DNA from: Dehalococcoidia bacterium
GTDB lineage: Bacteria > Chloroflexota > Dehalococcoidia > Lucifugimonadales > JAGWBF01
Length of the DNA: 64,000 nt
Direction: 5' to 3'
NCBI GenBank assembly: GCA_965219565.1
Contig: OZ244780.1
Span: 1,346,146 to 1,410,145 of the forward strand
Part shown: one piece after another, positions 18,952 to 27,461 of the stretch
Position numbering within the stretch: the stretch's first letter is position 1
Layout: each line of letters begins with the position of its first letter
Notes under the pieces: generated by a model
Database searches by the model: none
Told to the model about the DNA's origin: nothing
What the model saw: only the letters and a program-made list of their open reading frames with translations
Made by a program: the position numbers and the translations under genes

Positions 18952-19239
18952 CTAGCTGTCCGATGGGGGTGTGGGTTCGGGCAATACGTCGTCGATTTCG
19001 ATGCCCGGGTCCACGACGGCGTTCATCACCAGCTCCACGACGCCGTAGGCGACCAGGGCCAGGACGATGCCCGCCAAAGCGGTCATCATTGCGCTCTTGC
19101 CTCGCTCCATCTGGTGGGGCGCTCCGCTGGCCGTCAGGTACAGGTACGCGCCGTAGATGAAGAATCCGACGCCGATGGCGCCCACGACGCCCAGCAGGAT
19201 GCCCACCAGGTTCGATATGGTCTGTGTAAGGTCTTCCAT
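18952..19239 (-). CDS. VirB2/TrbC-like small membrane protein (second copy)
   Basis: 95 aa with two hydrophobic helices flanking ASGAPHQMERGKS. Confidence 0.45.
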   Translation of the reverse strand: MEDLTQTISNLVGILLGVVGAIGVGFFIYGAYLYLTASGAPHQMERGKSAMMTALAGIVLALVAYGVVELVMNAVVDPGIEIDDVLPEPTPPSDS

Positions 19240-19411
19240 TCGTTCTTTCTCCTCTCTGCTGCCGGTGGCCCTCTCACGGCCCCGGCGTTCGTCTCTTCGT
19301 TTTTCCGCCTCGGTGACTCCCCGTTAGCTGCACATCTCTCCGCCTCCGTCGTGGTATTGGGCGGCGCGGGTCTCGTCCGCGCCAGTTGTGTTGTCGTGGT
19401 AGTTGTTGGGG

Positions 19412-20392
19412 CTACTCGCCGCTGCTCCTGGGCTCACCGCCGCCGCCGTCTCCGCCTGCCGATGGGGTGGCCATCGAAGCCGCCGAGCTGAGGCCGCTGC
19501 CCGCTGCCGACAGGCCCGCGCTGGCTGCCATCGCTCCCACGGCCATGCCCCCCGGCCCTCCTGCGGCCCCGCCCGCCACCAGCCCGATGGTCTTGGCCGC
19601 GCGCACCATCGACGAGGGGAGGTTCATGCCGAAGTAGAGCATCGAGAGCCAGGAGTCGAAGGTGCCGGAGTTGCCGAGCATCGAAGGGACCCGGGTCGCC
19701 ATGTAGACGAAGGCCAGGGACATGAGCAGCTTCCAGATCAGGTCCTGCACCGGCTCGAAGGCGGCTATCGCGGCGACCTCGTTCAGGAAGCCGAAGCCCA
19801 GGGCTAGGGCGATGAGCTGGATGGCCTGCTGGAACACCGTCGTCATGAAGAGACGCAGCCAGTGCCTTCCCCAGCCCGCCGTGTGGGGCAATATCCACAG
19901 CCCCAACGCGATGGGGGCCAGGGCCAGAAGGATGTCTATCAACGCGAGGCGCAGCACCATCTGGACGATGACGTAGAGGACGAAGAATCCGTAGACCAGG
20001 TAGAGGACCGCCAGCAGCAGGGCCATGCCGACGCTCCCGGCGTTGACTGCGGTCATCAGGGTGCGGAGGGTGGAGCGGAGCATGTCCCCGGCTGTGACGT
20101 TGAGGGAGACGGCGATGAATCCCGACACGGCGTCGGCCACGTCCAGGACCAGGGCGCACCACCAGAGGGACGATGCGGCGGCGACGAGGCCGAGCACGAG
20201 CCGGGGGACCATCTCACGCCATCCCGCCTGCTGGCGCCCCAGGTGCTCGGACACGATAAGGCTGAGGCCCATCCAGCCGAGGATCACCACCAGCGCGCCG
20301 GACGTGATGGCCCAGACGACCATCCACGCCTGGCGCACCAGGTCGTGGGCGTAGGTCAGGTCTGCGGGGGTGCCGGTGAGGATGTCGCTCAT
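19412..20392 (-). CDS. VirB6/TrbL-like polytopic membrane protein
   Basis: 326 aa with at least 6 predicted TM helices by eye and a Gly/Ala-rich C-terminal tail. Sits within the T4SS operon. Confidence 0.6.
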   Translation of the reverse strand: MSDILTGTPADLTYAHDLVRQAWMVVWAITSGALVVILGWMGLSLIVSEHLGRQQAGWREMVPRLVLGLVAAASSLWWCALVLDVADAVSGFIAVSLNVTAGDMLRSTLRTLMTAVNAGSVGMALLLAVLYLVYGFFVLYVIVQMVLRLALIDILLALAPIALGLWILPHTAGWGRHWLRLFMTTVFQQAIQLIALALGFGFLNEVAAIAAFEPVQDLIWKLLMSLAFVYMATRVPSMLGNSGTFDSWLSMLYFGMNLPSSMVRAAKTIGLVAGGAAGGPGGMAVGAMAASAGLSAAGSGLSSAASMATPSAGGDGGGGEPRSSGE

Positions 20393-21012
20393 CTGCCGGA
20401 CTCCCTCCGGCAGTTGTCGGCGTCCTCGCCGCTCGCTCTTTCAACGACGCCGCAGAGGGTCCCGTGGACTCCCTCGATCATCCAGCCGGCGAAGGCCCTC
20501 GCCCAGCGTCCGGGGTTGAGGGCGGACAGAATCTTGTCCCAGATGCGCCCCGGCTGGTAGATGGGGACGACGGCGTAGAAGTCGCCTCTCCTGCCGTCCT
20601 CGGCGACCGCCAGCATCACGAGCAGGTAGGCCCGGTCGCGGTCGAGGTCGGGGTGTTCGTCGAGGTCGGGGTACTCCCACGAGTACTCCCAGACGTCGCC
20701 CCTCTTCTTCTCGCCGCCCTTCACCCGGTACATGGCGCTTATCCAGTCGCCGGTGTCGGCGTCGCGGACGGCGTAGAAGAGGTCCGCGATCTCGCGGTCG
20801 AAGACGGGCCGGGCGACGAACTCGCCCTTCTTCTTGCGCTCCACGAAGTCCCGGTCGGCGTTGACCAGGGTCAGCTCGTTACCGGGCGGGGACTGGGCGC
20901 GGGCGATCCCGCTGGAAGGAATCGCCACCAGCGCCGCCAGGAGCAGTGCGGATGCCAGGGGAATAAACCGCCTAAACGACCGGAGTTTCGATTTCAGCGC
21001 CAACTCGTTCAC
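20389..21012 (-). CDS. Secreted hypothetical protein, first gene of the T4SS operon
   Basis: Signal peptide RRFIPLASALLLAALVAIPSSGIARA. 4-nt overlap with the next gene. Confidence 0.5.
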   Translation of the reverse strand: MNELALKSKLRSFRRFIPLASALLLAALVAIPSSGIARAQSPPGNELTLVNADRDFVERKKKGEFVARPVFDREIADLFYAVRDADTGDWISAMYRVKGGEKKRGDVWEYSWEYPDLDEHPDLDRDRAYLLVMLAVAEDGRRGDFYAVVPIYQPGRIWDKILSALNPGRWARAFAGWMIEGVHGTLCGVVERASGEDADNCRRESGR

Positions 21013-21101
21013 CTCTCTGCGATTTGCTGTGATTCACCGGAGTCGCAACATTCGCAAAAATTGTGAACAACCGGAGGGCGGTTCGGAACCTCCTATGGGG
21101 C

Positions 21102-21133
21102 GGTGCAAACCTGCACCGGGTGCATGAATGCAC
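21102..21133. promoter_or_regulatory. Twin hairpins/palindromes in the divergent intergenic region
   Basis: GGTGCA-aacc-TGCACC (21102-21117) is followed immediately by GTGCAT-ga-ATGCAC (21120-21133). Located between the T4SS operon and the 21439 gene. Confidence 0.35.
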
Positions 21134-21438
21134 GGGCCTGCGAGGGCTTACGAAACACCCCCCTTTGGTGCTGTAGTTGGGGTGTACAGGGAATGGGCTT
21201 TGGTGGCAGAAGGCCAAGCGGGGTCGTGGGCAAGCTGAAACGGGGGTAAATCACCCCCCTACAGGACGTAAACGGGAAGCACTTTTTGGGAAGTCCTCCT
21301 TCCGCTCGGCGATGGGCAAACCCCTGTCCTGAGTGACTGTTTGCAACCCGGCGGAAAAGGGGGCTGATGACCAAAGACCGCGTGACAGGGACGTTTGGCA
21401 ATCGGGGAGACGATGCAGCGAGAAAGGGAGGTCGAAAC

Positions 21439-22272
21439 ATGGAAAACAGAGGTCCGGTCTTCGAGAAGAGCAACAGCGTCGAGAACGTCTATCACCTGCG
21501 TCTGACGGCGCTGCTGCGGGAGCTGGTGCGGGACGGCGGTTTCAAGGGAGCGGCCCAGGCCCTGGACATCGACCAGAGGACAGTGGCCAGGTCGTTCCGG
21601 AGCGGGGCGCTGTCCCGGCGGGTCCGCACCGCGTTGGAGCGGGGGCTGCAAGAGGGAGAGGGCTCGGCGGCGGCGGTGCAGCGGGAGCGCAACGACGGTC
21701 TGGAGGGACGGCTGAAGGACGCGGAGGACAGGGGCGAGGCGTTGGGGAAGGGCCTCGCAGCCGTCCGGGGGGACGTCAAGGCCCTCAGGGACGAGCAGGC
21801 CCAGGGGTTTCGGCAGGTGGAACGGCGGCTGACGCAGGTGGAAGGGCAAGGGGAAGACCGGGGGTCGGCCTCTGACGGTCCTGCCGGCGGGCCGGCGAAG
21901 CGGAGGACCGCACCCTGGCGGGAGTACCCCGACCTGGTGACCCGTGAGCCTGCGGAGGGCGAGGAGGAGGTGTTCGGCGAAGCCTGGCCGCTCATCGCCG
22001 AGTGGCGGGAGCTGAAGGACGCGCACCCGGTCCGTGGCAGGGGCTTCGAGTGGCTGACGGCCGAGGAGCGTCTGCTGGTGATGGAGCTGACGCTGCTCGA
22101 AGAGCACGGCATGACGCTTCCGCCGGAGAAGCAGCCGCTGCGGGACTTCGCTCGGAACGGGCAGATCAACTGGCGCAGGACAGCGCTCTCCGACACGCGG
22201 AGGGCGCTGCGAAGGTGGGAGCTTCTGCTGCGCGTGGGGCGCGTCGTTACCTTCGGCCGCTGGCGTCGGTAG
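21439..22272 (+). CDS. HTH plus coiled-coil protein
   Basis: ATG 21439 after a GGGAGG RBS. GAAQALDIDQRTVARSF is HTH-like and is followed by heptad-like charged repeats. Confidence 0.5.
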   Translation: MENRGPVFEKSNSVENVYHLRLTALLRELVRDGGFKGAAQALDIDQRTVARSFRSGALSRRVRTALERGLQEGEGSAAAVQRERNDGLEGRLKDAEDRGEALGKGLAAVRGDVKALRDEQAQGFRQVERRLTQVEGQGEDRGSASDGPAGGPAKRRTAPWREYPDLVTREPAEGEEEVFGEAWPLIAEWRELKDAHPVRGRGFEWLTAEERLLVMELTLLEEHGMTLPPEKQPLRDFARNGQINWRRTALSDTRRALRRWELLLRVGRVVTFGRWRR

Positions 22273-22515
22273 AGGGTCACTTGCTGCGGCGCAAGTTTGA
22301 GGCAACTTTTATGCCAGAAAAGAGCCACCAAATGACCATCAAATGCAGTGATTCGTGCGGGGGGTCACGTAAGACCTTTTCACGGGGTCTTGGATGCGGT
22401 AATAATTGATGCAGTTTCAGGCTTTTCCAGCGTTTCCCGCCCTAGAAACCTGGGGGCATCTCCCTAAAGCCCGGGTTGCACCACAAAGGTCGCCCAAGAG
22501 GGATGCTGCCGATGC

Positions 22516-22872
22516 GGAGTGATAAAGCCCTTCGCAGGCAGCGCGGGCCGATGGTTGGAGTGATAAGCCCTTCTTCCTCGGCCTCGTCCGGTGGGTTGGA
22601 GTGATAAGTCCTTCTCCCCCTGGACACGTTCGGCGGTCGGAGTGACAAGCCCTTCTGCCGTCGGACACCGTTCAGCGGCTGGGGTTGATCGCCTCGGTCG
22701 CTGGACACCCGGCTGACGGTGGGAGTTGATCGCTCCTCCGTTGGTCGACCGGTCCGGCGGATGGGGTCTGATCGCCTCAGCCGTGGGACCCAGGGGACGG
22801 AGCGCCTTCTGCGCCTCGTCCTCACCCGGTCGGTCGGAGTGCGTTTTCGCCCCGGCCGACTCGACATGCCTG
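22516..22872. repeat. Degenerate tandem array of about 41-bp units (iteron/centromere-like)
   Basis: Units start at 22516, 22557, 22598, 22639, 22681, 22722, 22763, 22799 and 22836. Each has a GGAGTGATAAGCCCTTC or GGRGTTGATCGCC head and an internal TGGACAC-like box. Confidence 0.8.
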
Positions 22873-23122
22873 CGGCATGGCTGACACGCAGCCGGGCCGC
22901 AGCTTCGACACGCGCCGGTCTGCGACTGAGAAGCAGGCTGGCCGCTTCACGTCTCGCAGCTTTCCCCAACTCGGACGGTATCCACCCTGGGCGAGCTGCG
23001 TCTTCTTTCACCCCACTCCGTCTTCCGCGTTCGACGTTCGACCGTAGGCGGAGTGCGTCTTCGGAACGGAGTCAACGGGTTCAACGGCATCGGCATACGA
23101 ATCAGCAAGGAGGTACATCGGC

Positions 23123-23611
23123 ATGGACGAATCACGGACACAGGAACGGTACACGGGACCGAGCGCGCTCAGGATCGCCAACCTGCTGCCGCACCGGGTC
23201 AGCTTCGAGCGGGGCTGGTTCTGGACGACGACGGCGGTCTGTCACGGCGGCAAGTCGGACGGGCTGGCGTTTCGGCAGCGACCGGACGGCAACGGCATCG
23301 ACGTGCGGTGCCACACCGGGGGCTGCTCGGCGGGCGTGGTGATAACCGAGCTTGAGGCGCTCGTTGGGCTGCCCATCTGGACGGCCTACGAGCCGGTGAG
23401 CGACGCGGCGGTCAAGGCCCTTGAGAAGCGGCCCTGGTGGAAGCAGAAGCGGGTCATGGTGGCCGGGGCGGTCGCCCTGGTGATTGCGGCGCCGCTGCTG
23501 ACCCTCGACGTGGAGCTCTTCTTCCTGAACCTCGTCGGGCTGGGCATCGGGGCGCTGCTGCTCCGGCGGTTCATGCCCCGGCGTCCGGTAGGCAGGCCAC
23601 CTCGACGGTGA
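23123..23611 (+). CDS. Cys/His-rich protein with C-terminal transmembrane segments
   Basis: CHGGKSDG...RCHTGGC is a possible zinc site. The hydrophobic stretch is VMVAGAVALVIAAPLL...LVGLGIGALLL. Confidence 0.45.
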   Translation: MDESRTQERYTGPSALRIANLLPHRVSFERGWFWTTTAVCHGGKSDGLAFRQRPDGNGIDVRCHTGGCSAGVVITELEALVGLPIWTAYEPVSDAAVKALEKRPWWKQKRVMVAGAVALVIAAPLLTLDVELFFLNLVGLGIGALLLRRFMPRRPVGRPPRR

Positions 23612-23748
23612 CGGCGGGTCCTCCGAGCCCCTCACAACACATCCCAACACGCAAGGGTCGTCTCCCGTCCGGGGGCGGCCCTTCTTCTTTGCCCGCAGGC
23701 GGGCGCAACCGGCAAGGCAACAAAGCACAGGCACTCAGGAGGTGCACG

Positions 23749-24216
23749 ATGACGACGGCAACACTGGCAACTGGCATTCGGATGGACGCGGCGGACAGGC
23801 CCAGGCGCAGCCTGGAGGAGCTGGTCGACCAGCTCATGGCGGCGATGGGATTCAAGGATGAGGCGGAGACGGCGGAGCCGAGCGCGGTGCGCTCGATCCA
23901 CGAGGCGAGGCGGCTCCGGCAGGCCGGGGACGTCGACACCGCGCTGGCGGTCCTCGCCGGCGTGGACACGACGAAGGCGGAGACGCGGCAGGTCCGGTGG
24001 GCCTTCGCCGAGTGGAAGCAGCTGGTGAAGCGGCGGTTCGGCGGCCGCGGTGCCCTGGTCTACAGCCAGGGCACGGGGCGGGCCGCCGCGCTGGTGCCCA
24101 CCGGAGACGGCGGGACGCTGGAGGTGGTCTCCGCCCTGGGGATGCGCTGGCGGCCGGGCAAGGTCGTCTCGGGGCGCAGCCTCCGGGGCCTGCGTCCCCT
24201 GAACGGGGGTGCGTGA
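23749..24216 (+). CDS. Hypothetical protein
   Basis: ATG 23749 after an AGGAGG RBS. Its stop overlaps the primase ATG (TGATG). Confidence 0.5.
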   Translation: MTTATLATGIRMDAADRPRRSLEELVDQLMAAMGFKDEAETAEPSAVRSIHEARRLRQAGDVDTALAVLAGVDTTKAETRQVRWAFAEWKQLVKRRFGGRGALVYSQGTGRAAALVPTGDGGTLEVVSALGMRWRPGKVVSGRSLRGLRPLNGGA

Positions 24217-25283
24217 TGGTCGCCGCCAACGTGGACATCCCCGCGCTGAAGGCCCGGCACCCGCTGGGCGACACGGTGGAGGCCGCAGGCGTGCGGCTCA
24301 GGGGACGGGGCAGGGTCCGCCAGGGCGTCTGCCCCTTTCACGACGAGGTCGAGGGCAGCTTCACGGTGTACGGCGACTCGGAGCGGTTCTACTGCTTCGG
24401 CTGCGGACTCGGGGGCGACGTGCTGGACTTCATCCAGCAGGCCGAGGGGCTGTCGCTGGCCGAGGCGATCGCGCGGCTGGACGGCAGCCCAGGGCTTGCG
24501 CCCCGGGCCGCTGTTCGTCCAGCCGGAACGCGGCGTCCCCCGTCCGCCGCGCTGCCTCCACGGGACCCCGCCCTGCTGACGGCGGCGGCGCGCTTCTACG
24601 CCGGACGGCTCCGGCGTTCTTCAGAAGCGCGGGAGTACCTGGCCTCGCGGGGCGTCGGCCCGGTCGCCGCAGCCCGCCTGGGTCTCGGCTACTCGCCGGG
24701 CGGCGGGCTGCGGCAGGCCCTGGAGTCCCTCGGCTTCTCCGAGAAGCGCATCAGGGACTCCGGGCTGTTCATGGAGCGGGGAGCGGAGCGGTTCGCCGGC
24801 ATGGTCGTCGTTCCCGACCCTGTATCGAGTACGGGGCAGGCAACCGGCGGCCTCGTCCGCTGGCTCGCCGGGCGGTCGGTCGATCCCGACCGGACACCCC
24901 GCTTCCAGGCCCCTCCCGGCCCCAAGCCGGTGCTCGGACTCGGGCGTCTCGGCCCTGCGCCGCCCTGGGCAGTTGTGGCTGAGGGGTTGTTCGACTGGCT
25001 CTCCCTTACCGGATGGGGTCTTCCCGGCTGCGCCGCTCTCGGCACCCAGGGCGTTGAGAAGGTGGCGGAGGGCTTGCGGGGCTGCCCCCGCGTCTTCCTC
25101 GCCTTTGACGCAGACGACGCGGGCCGCGAGGCGACGGAGCGGCTTCTGACCCTGCTCGGGCGCAGGGCCGCCGCCGTCGCCCTTCCCGCAGGCGTCGGCG
25201 ACGTGGCCGAGCTTGCGGCCCTTCCCCACGGACAGGCCGCCTTCCTTCGCCTGCTCTCACAGGCGGCCCGCTCCGCCCGCTAG
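24216..25283 (+). CDS. DNA primase, CHC2 zinc finger plus Toprim
   Basis: CPFHDEVEGSFTVYGDSERFYCFGCGLGGDVLDF is the DnaG-type CHC2 finger. The C-terminal VVAEGLFDWLSL...FLAFDADDAGREA is Toprim-like. Confidence 0.8.
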   Translation: MVAANVDIPALKARHPLGDTVEAAGVRLRGRGRVRQGVCPFHDEVEGSFTVYGDSERFYCFGCGLGGDVLDFIQQAEGLSLAEAIARLDGSPGLAPRAAVRPAGTRRPPSAALPPRDPALLTAAARFYAGRLRRSSEAREYLASRGVGPVAAARLGLGYSPGGGLRQALESLGFSEKRIRDSGLFMERGAERFAGMVVVPDPVSSTGQATGGLVRWLAGRSVDPDRTPRFQAPPGPKPVLGLGRLGPAPPWAVVAEGLFDWLSLTGWGLPGCAALGTQGVEKVAEGLRGCPRVFLAFDADDAGREATERLLTLLGRRAAAVALPAGVGDVAELAALPHGQAAFLRLLSQAARSAR

Positions 25284-25360
25284 CGGCTCCCCGCCGCTCC
25301 CCAGCGGGCTTTCCCCGGCCCGCTTTCCCCTACTCCCCACTCTTACCCACCCAGAGCCTG

Positions 25361-25380
25361 CCCCCGACTCCGATCGGGGG
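25361..25380 (+). terminator. Intergenic hairpin
   Basis: CCCCCGA-ctccga-TCGGGGG between the primase and annealase genes. Confidence 0.3.
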
Positions 25381-25486
25381 AGGTCCTATGCCCAATGCAC
25401 GACGGGCTCTGCCCGCACAGCTTCCCATAAGGGGATTCCGCATCGGCCATTCGCTACAGGAACAAGACACAAGCAAGGAGATAGAG

Positions 25487-26386
25487 ATGTTCAACAAGAA
25501 CGGAAGCAACAACGGAAACGGGAGCGCGAACGGCGTCCACAAGGACACCGCCCCCGTGTCGAGCACGGGGCAGGCTATTGCCGCCAGGAACGGCAACGGG
25601 CACAAGCCCGACGCCGCAATCGTCAGCGAGCACGAGCTGCTCTGGGACGGGCTCTCGCCCGCCGTCTCACAGGCCCTCGGACAGCCCATCGACCCCGAGC
25701 TGGTCTCCCAGCGGAAGGGGCGCGGCGGCAAGTACTTCGACTACCTAAAAGGCCACGTCGCAATCCACCAGGCCAACGCCATCTTCGGCTTCGGCGGCTG
25801 GGGCTACGATCTGGTCGGAGACGTGACCATGCGGCAGTTCGAGACCGTCGATCCCGAGACCGGAGAGGTGAAGCTCACGTCCGCCTACAGCGCCCCGGTG
25901 CGGGTCACCGTCGCCGGTGCTCCTCCTCGCACGGGCATCGGCTTCCAGTGGGTGACGGAGGAGACCCCGGACGGGCACGAGGTCGCCTCCAAAGCGGCCG
26001 TGACCGACGGCATGAAGAGGGCGCTGCGCACCTTTGGGGATAGGTTTGGGAATGGCCTCTACGGCGACCAGCCCACTGCCAACGTCCCGCCGCAACCGCA
26101 GCGGGTCCCCGCCCGGGCCAACGGCAACCCCGGCCGGAACCAGTCCAACGGCAAGAGCCCCGTTCGGCAGGCCCAGGACAGGCGCAACGAGTCCCAGGAG
26201 GAGATGCTGCGCAGGCGGATCTTCGAGATCGCCGCCGAGCAGGGTTTCGACGATGACGGTGTGCGGACTGCCGTCGTCAACCAGACGGGCAAGAGCATCG
26301 ACGACCTGACGGCCGCCGAGCTCGGGCCGCTGGTCGAGGCCGCCGCCAACAAGCTCCGGCAGATGCAGCAGGCGCAGGCCGCCTAG
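25487..26386 (+). CDS. Rad52/Rad22-family single-strand annealing protein
   Basis: GGKYFDYLKGHVAIHQANAIFGFGGWGYDL and ASKAAVTDGMKRALRTFGDRFGNGLYGD closely parallel the Rad52 core motifs. Confidence 0.8.
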   Translation: MFNKNGSNNGNGSANGVHKDTAPVSSTGQAIAARNGNGHKPDAAIVSEHELLWDGLSPAVSQALGQPIDPELVSQRKGRGGKYFDYLKGHVAIHQANAIFGFGGWGYDLVGDVTMRQFETVDPETGEVKLTSAYSAPVRVTVAGAPPRTGIGFQWVTEETPDGHEVASKAAVTDGMKRALRTFGDRFGNGLYGDQPTANVPPQPQRVPARANGNPGRNQSNGKSPVRQAQDRRNESQEEMLRRRIFEIAAEQGFDDDGVRTAVVNQTGKSIDDLTAAELGPLVEAAANKLRQMQQAQAA

Positions 26387-26412
26387 TCCGCCGGTCGGTC
26401 GGGTTCGGAATC

Positions 26413-26447
26413 GAGCGGGGTTGTCTCCGATGGGGGCAGCCCCGCTC
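26413..26447 (+). terminator. Intergenic GC hairpin followed by a T-rich run
   Basis: GAGCGGGG...CCCCGCTC followed by TTTCATC. Confidence 0.4.
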
Positions 26448-26478
26448 TTTCATCTACAGGATGACAAGGAGGTCTGAA

Positions 26479-26979
26479 ATGACGACGAACGTTACCTACA
26501 CACCCTGGGGCTGGACGCGGGACGTCAAGGAGCTTGCCGAGGGCGTCTGGCGGGTCTCGACGCCGAGCCACGGCGGGCTGAAGCTCAGCACGGAGCGGTG
26601 GGACTCCCTTCCCGCCGAACTGCGGGACGCCATGTACACGCAGACCTTCGCAGAGGAGGACTGCGAGGAGCCCATCGTCAGGACGCTGCTCGGCCTGGGC
26701 GACGAATGCGAGAGGGAGATGGCCCTGAAGGTGGCGGGCTACTTCGACCGGTACGCTCCGGCGCTGCCCCACCTCCGCGACTGCCCGCCGGGAATCCACC
26801 ACCACGCCGTCGCCTACTGGGGCGGCCTCGGCACGGACCCGTTTGAGCGGTTCGACACCTGCATCGAGGCCGAGTCGTTCGTGGGCGACCCGGAGATGGT
26901 GCGGAAGTACGGGCGGATGGAGACCGTCGAGTGTGCCGGGATGCGCCCGCTCTGCCTCGGAAAGGCGGACAGGCCATGA
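26479..26979 (+). CDS. Conserved plasmid/ICE-type hypothetical protein (TPWG...SHGG motif)
   Basis: ATG 26479 after an AAGGAGG RBS. YTPWGWTRDVKELAEGVWRVSTPSHGGLKL resembles a DUF-class family seen on plasmids. Identity is not verifiable here. Confidence 0.45.
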   Translation: MTTNVTYTPWGWTRDVKELAEGVWRVSTPSHGGLKLSTERWDSLPAELRDAMYTQTFAEEDCEEPIVRTLLGLGDECEREMALKVAGYFDRYAPALPHLRDCPPGIHHHAVAYWGGLGTDPFERFDTCIEAESFVGDPEMVRKYGRMETVECAGMRPLCLGKADRP

Positions 26980-27383
26980 CTACGGAGACGCGGGCGAGAC
27001 CCCGCAGCCTTCCCAGCACGACGACCAAGCTCCAGACGGAGATGGGGAACCTCTACGTCACCGTTTCGACGGACGAGGACGGCGAGCCCTTCGAGGTGTT
27101 CGGATGGCTGGGCAAGGGAGGCAGCTTCCAGCACGGAGTCACAGAGCTGGCCTGCCGGTTGATCTCCCTGCACCTGCGGCGCGGGACTCCCCTCGAAGAG
27201 GTGATTGACCAGTGCCGGGGGATTCAGGAGATGCAGCCGTTCTTCAACCAGATGGCCGACGGCACGAGCGTGGCGATCCTCGGACTCGGGGACGGCATCG
27301 CTCACATCCTCAAGGCCCACCTGAAGGCCAAAGAGGAGCGGGAGACGGCGCCGGAACAGGTGGAGGTGCAGGCGGCTGCGTGA
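26976..27383 (+). CDS. TSCPD-like domain protein lacking the usual cysteines
   Basis: The ATGA overlaps the previous stop. GNLYVTVSTDEDGEPFEVFGWLGKGGSF...ELACRLISLHLRRGTPLEEVIDQCRGIQ parallels the C-terminal domain of class II ribonucleotide reductases. Confidence 0.55.
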   Translation: MTTETRARPRSLPSTTTKLQTEMGNLYVTVSTDEDGEPFEVFGWLGKGGSFQHGVTELACRLISLHLRRGTPLEEVIDQCRGIQEMQPFFNQMADGTSVAILGLGDGIAHILKAHLKAKEERETAPEQVEVQAAA

Positions 27384-27407
27384 GTGGCACACACAACGGC
27401 AATCGAA

Positions 27408-27437
27408 GCGGGGCCGTCTCTTCGGGGGCTGCCCCGC
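27408..27437 (+). terminator. Intergenic GC hairpin followed by a T-rich run
   Basis: GCGGGGC...GCCCCGC followed by TTCTTCGTT. Confidence 0.4.
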
Positions 27438-27461
27438 TTCTTCGTTACAGGAGGTGACGAC

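Noticed and set aside
21259-22331. Minus-strand ORFs 21259..22305 and 21492..22331
   Set aside because: They are antisense to the HTH/coiled-coil gene, which has a good RBS. Their translations are Pro/Arg/Ser-rich with no motif.
22516-22872. CRISPR array interpretation of the 41-bp repeats
   Set aside because: The segments between the conserved heads are themselves related to each other (shared TGGACAC box). The repeat heads are only about 17 nt and degenerate, there are no cas genes, and the unit length is too short for repeat plus spacer.
22417-23342. ORFs 22417..22668 (-), 22442..23011 (-) and 22719..23342 (+) across the tandem array
   Set aside because: The 41-bp period is not a multiple of 3, so the repeat is read in shifting frames. 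The peptide repeats are therefore inconsistent, and there is no RBS.
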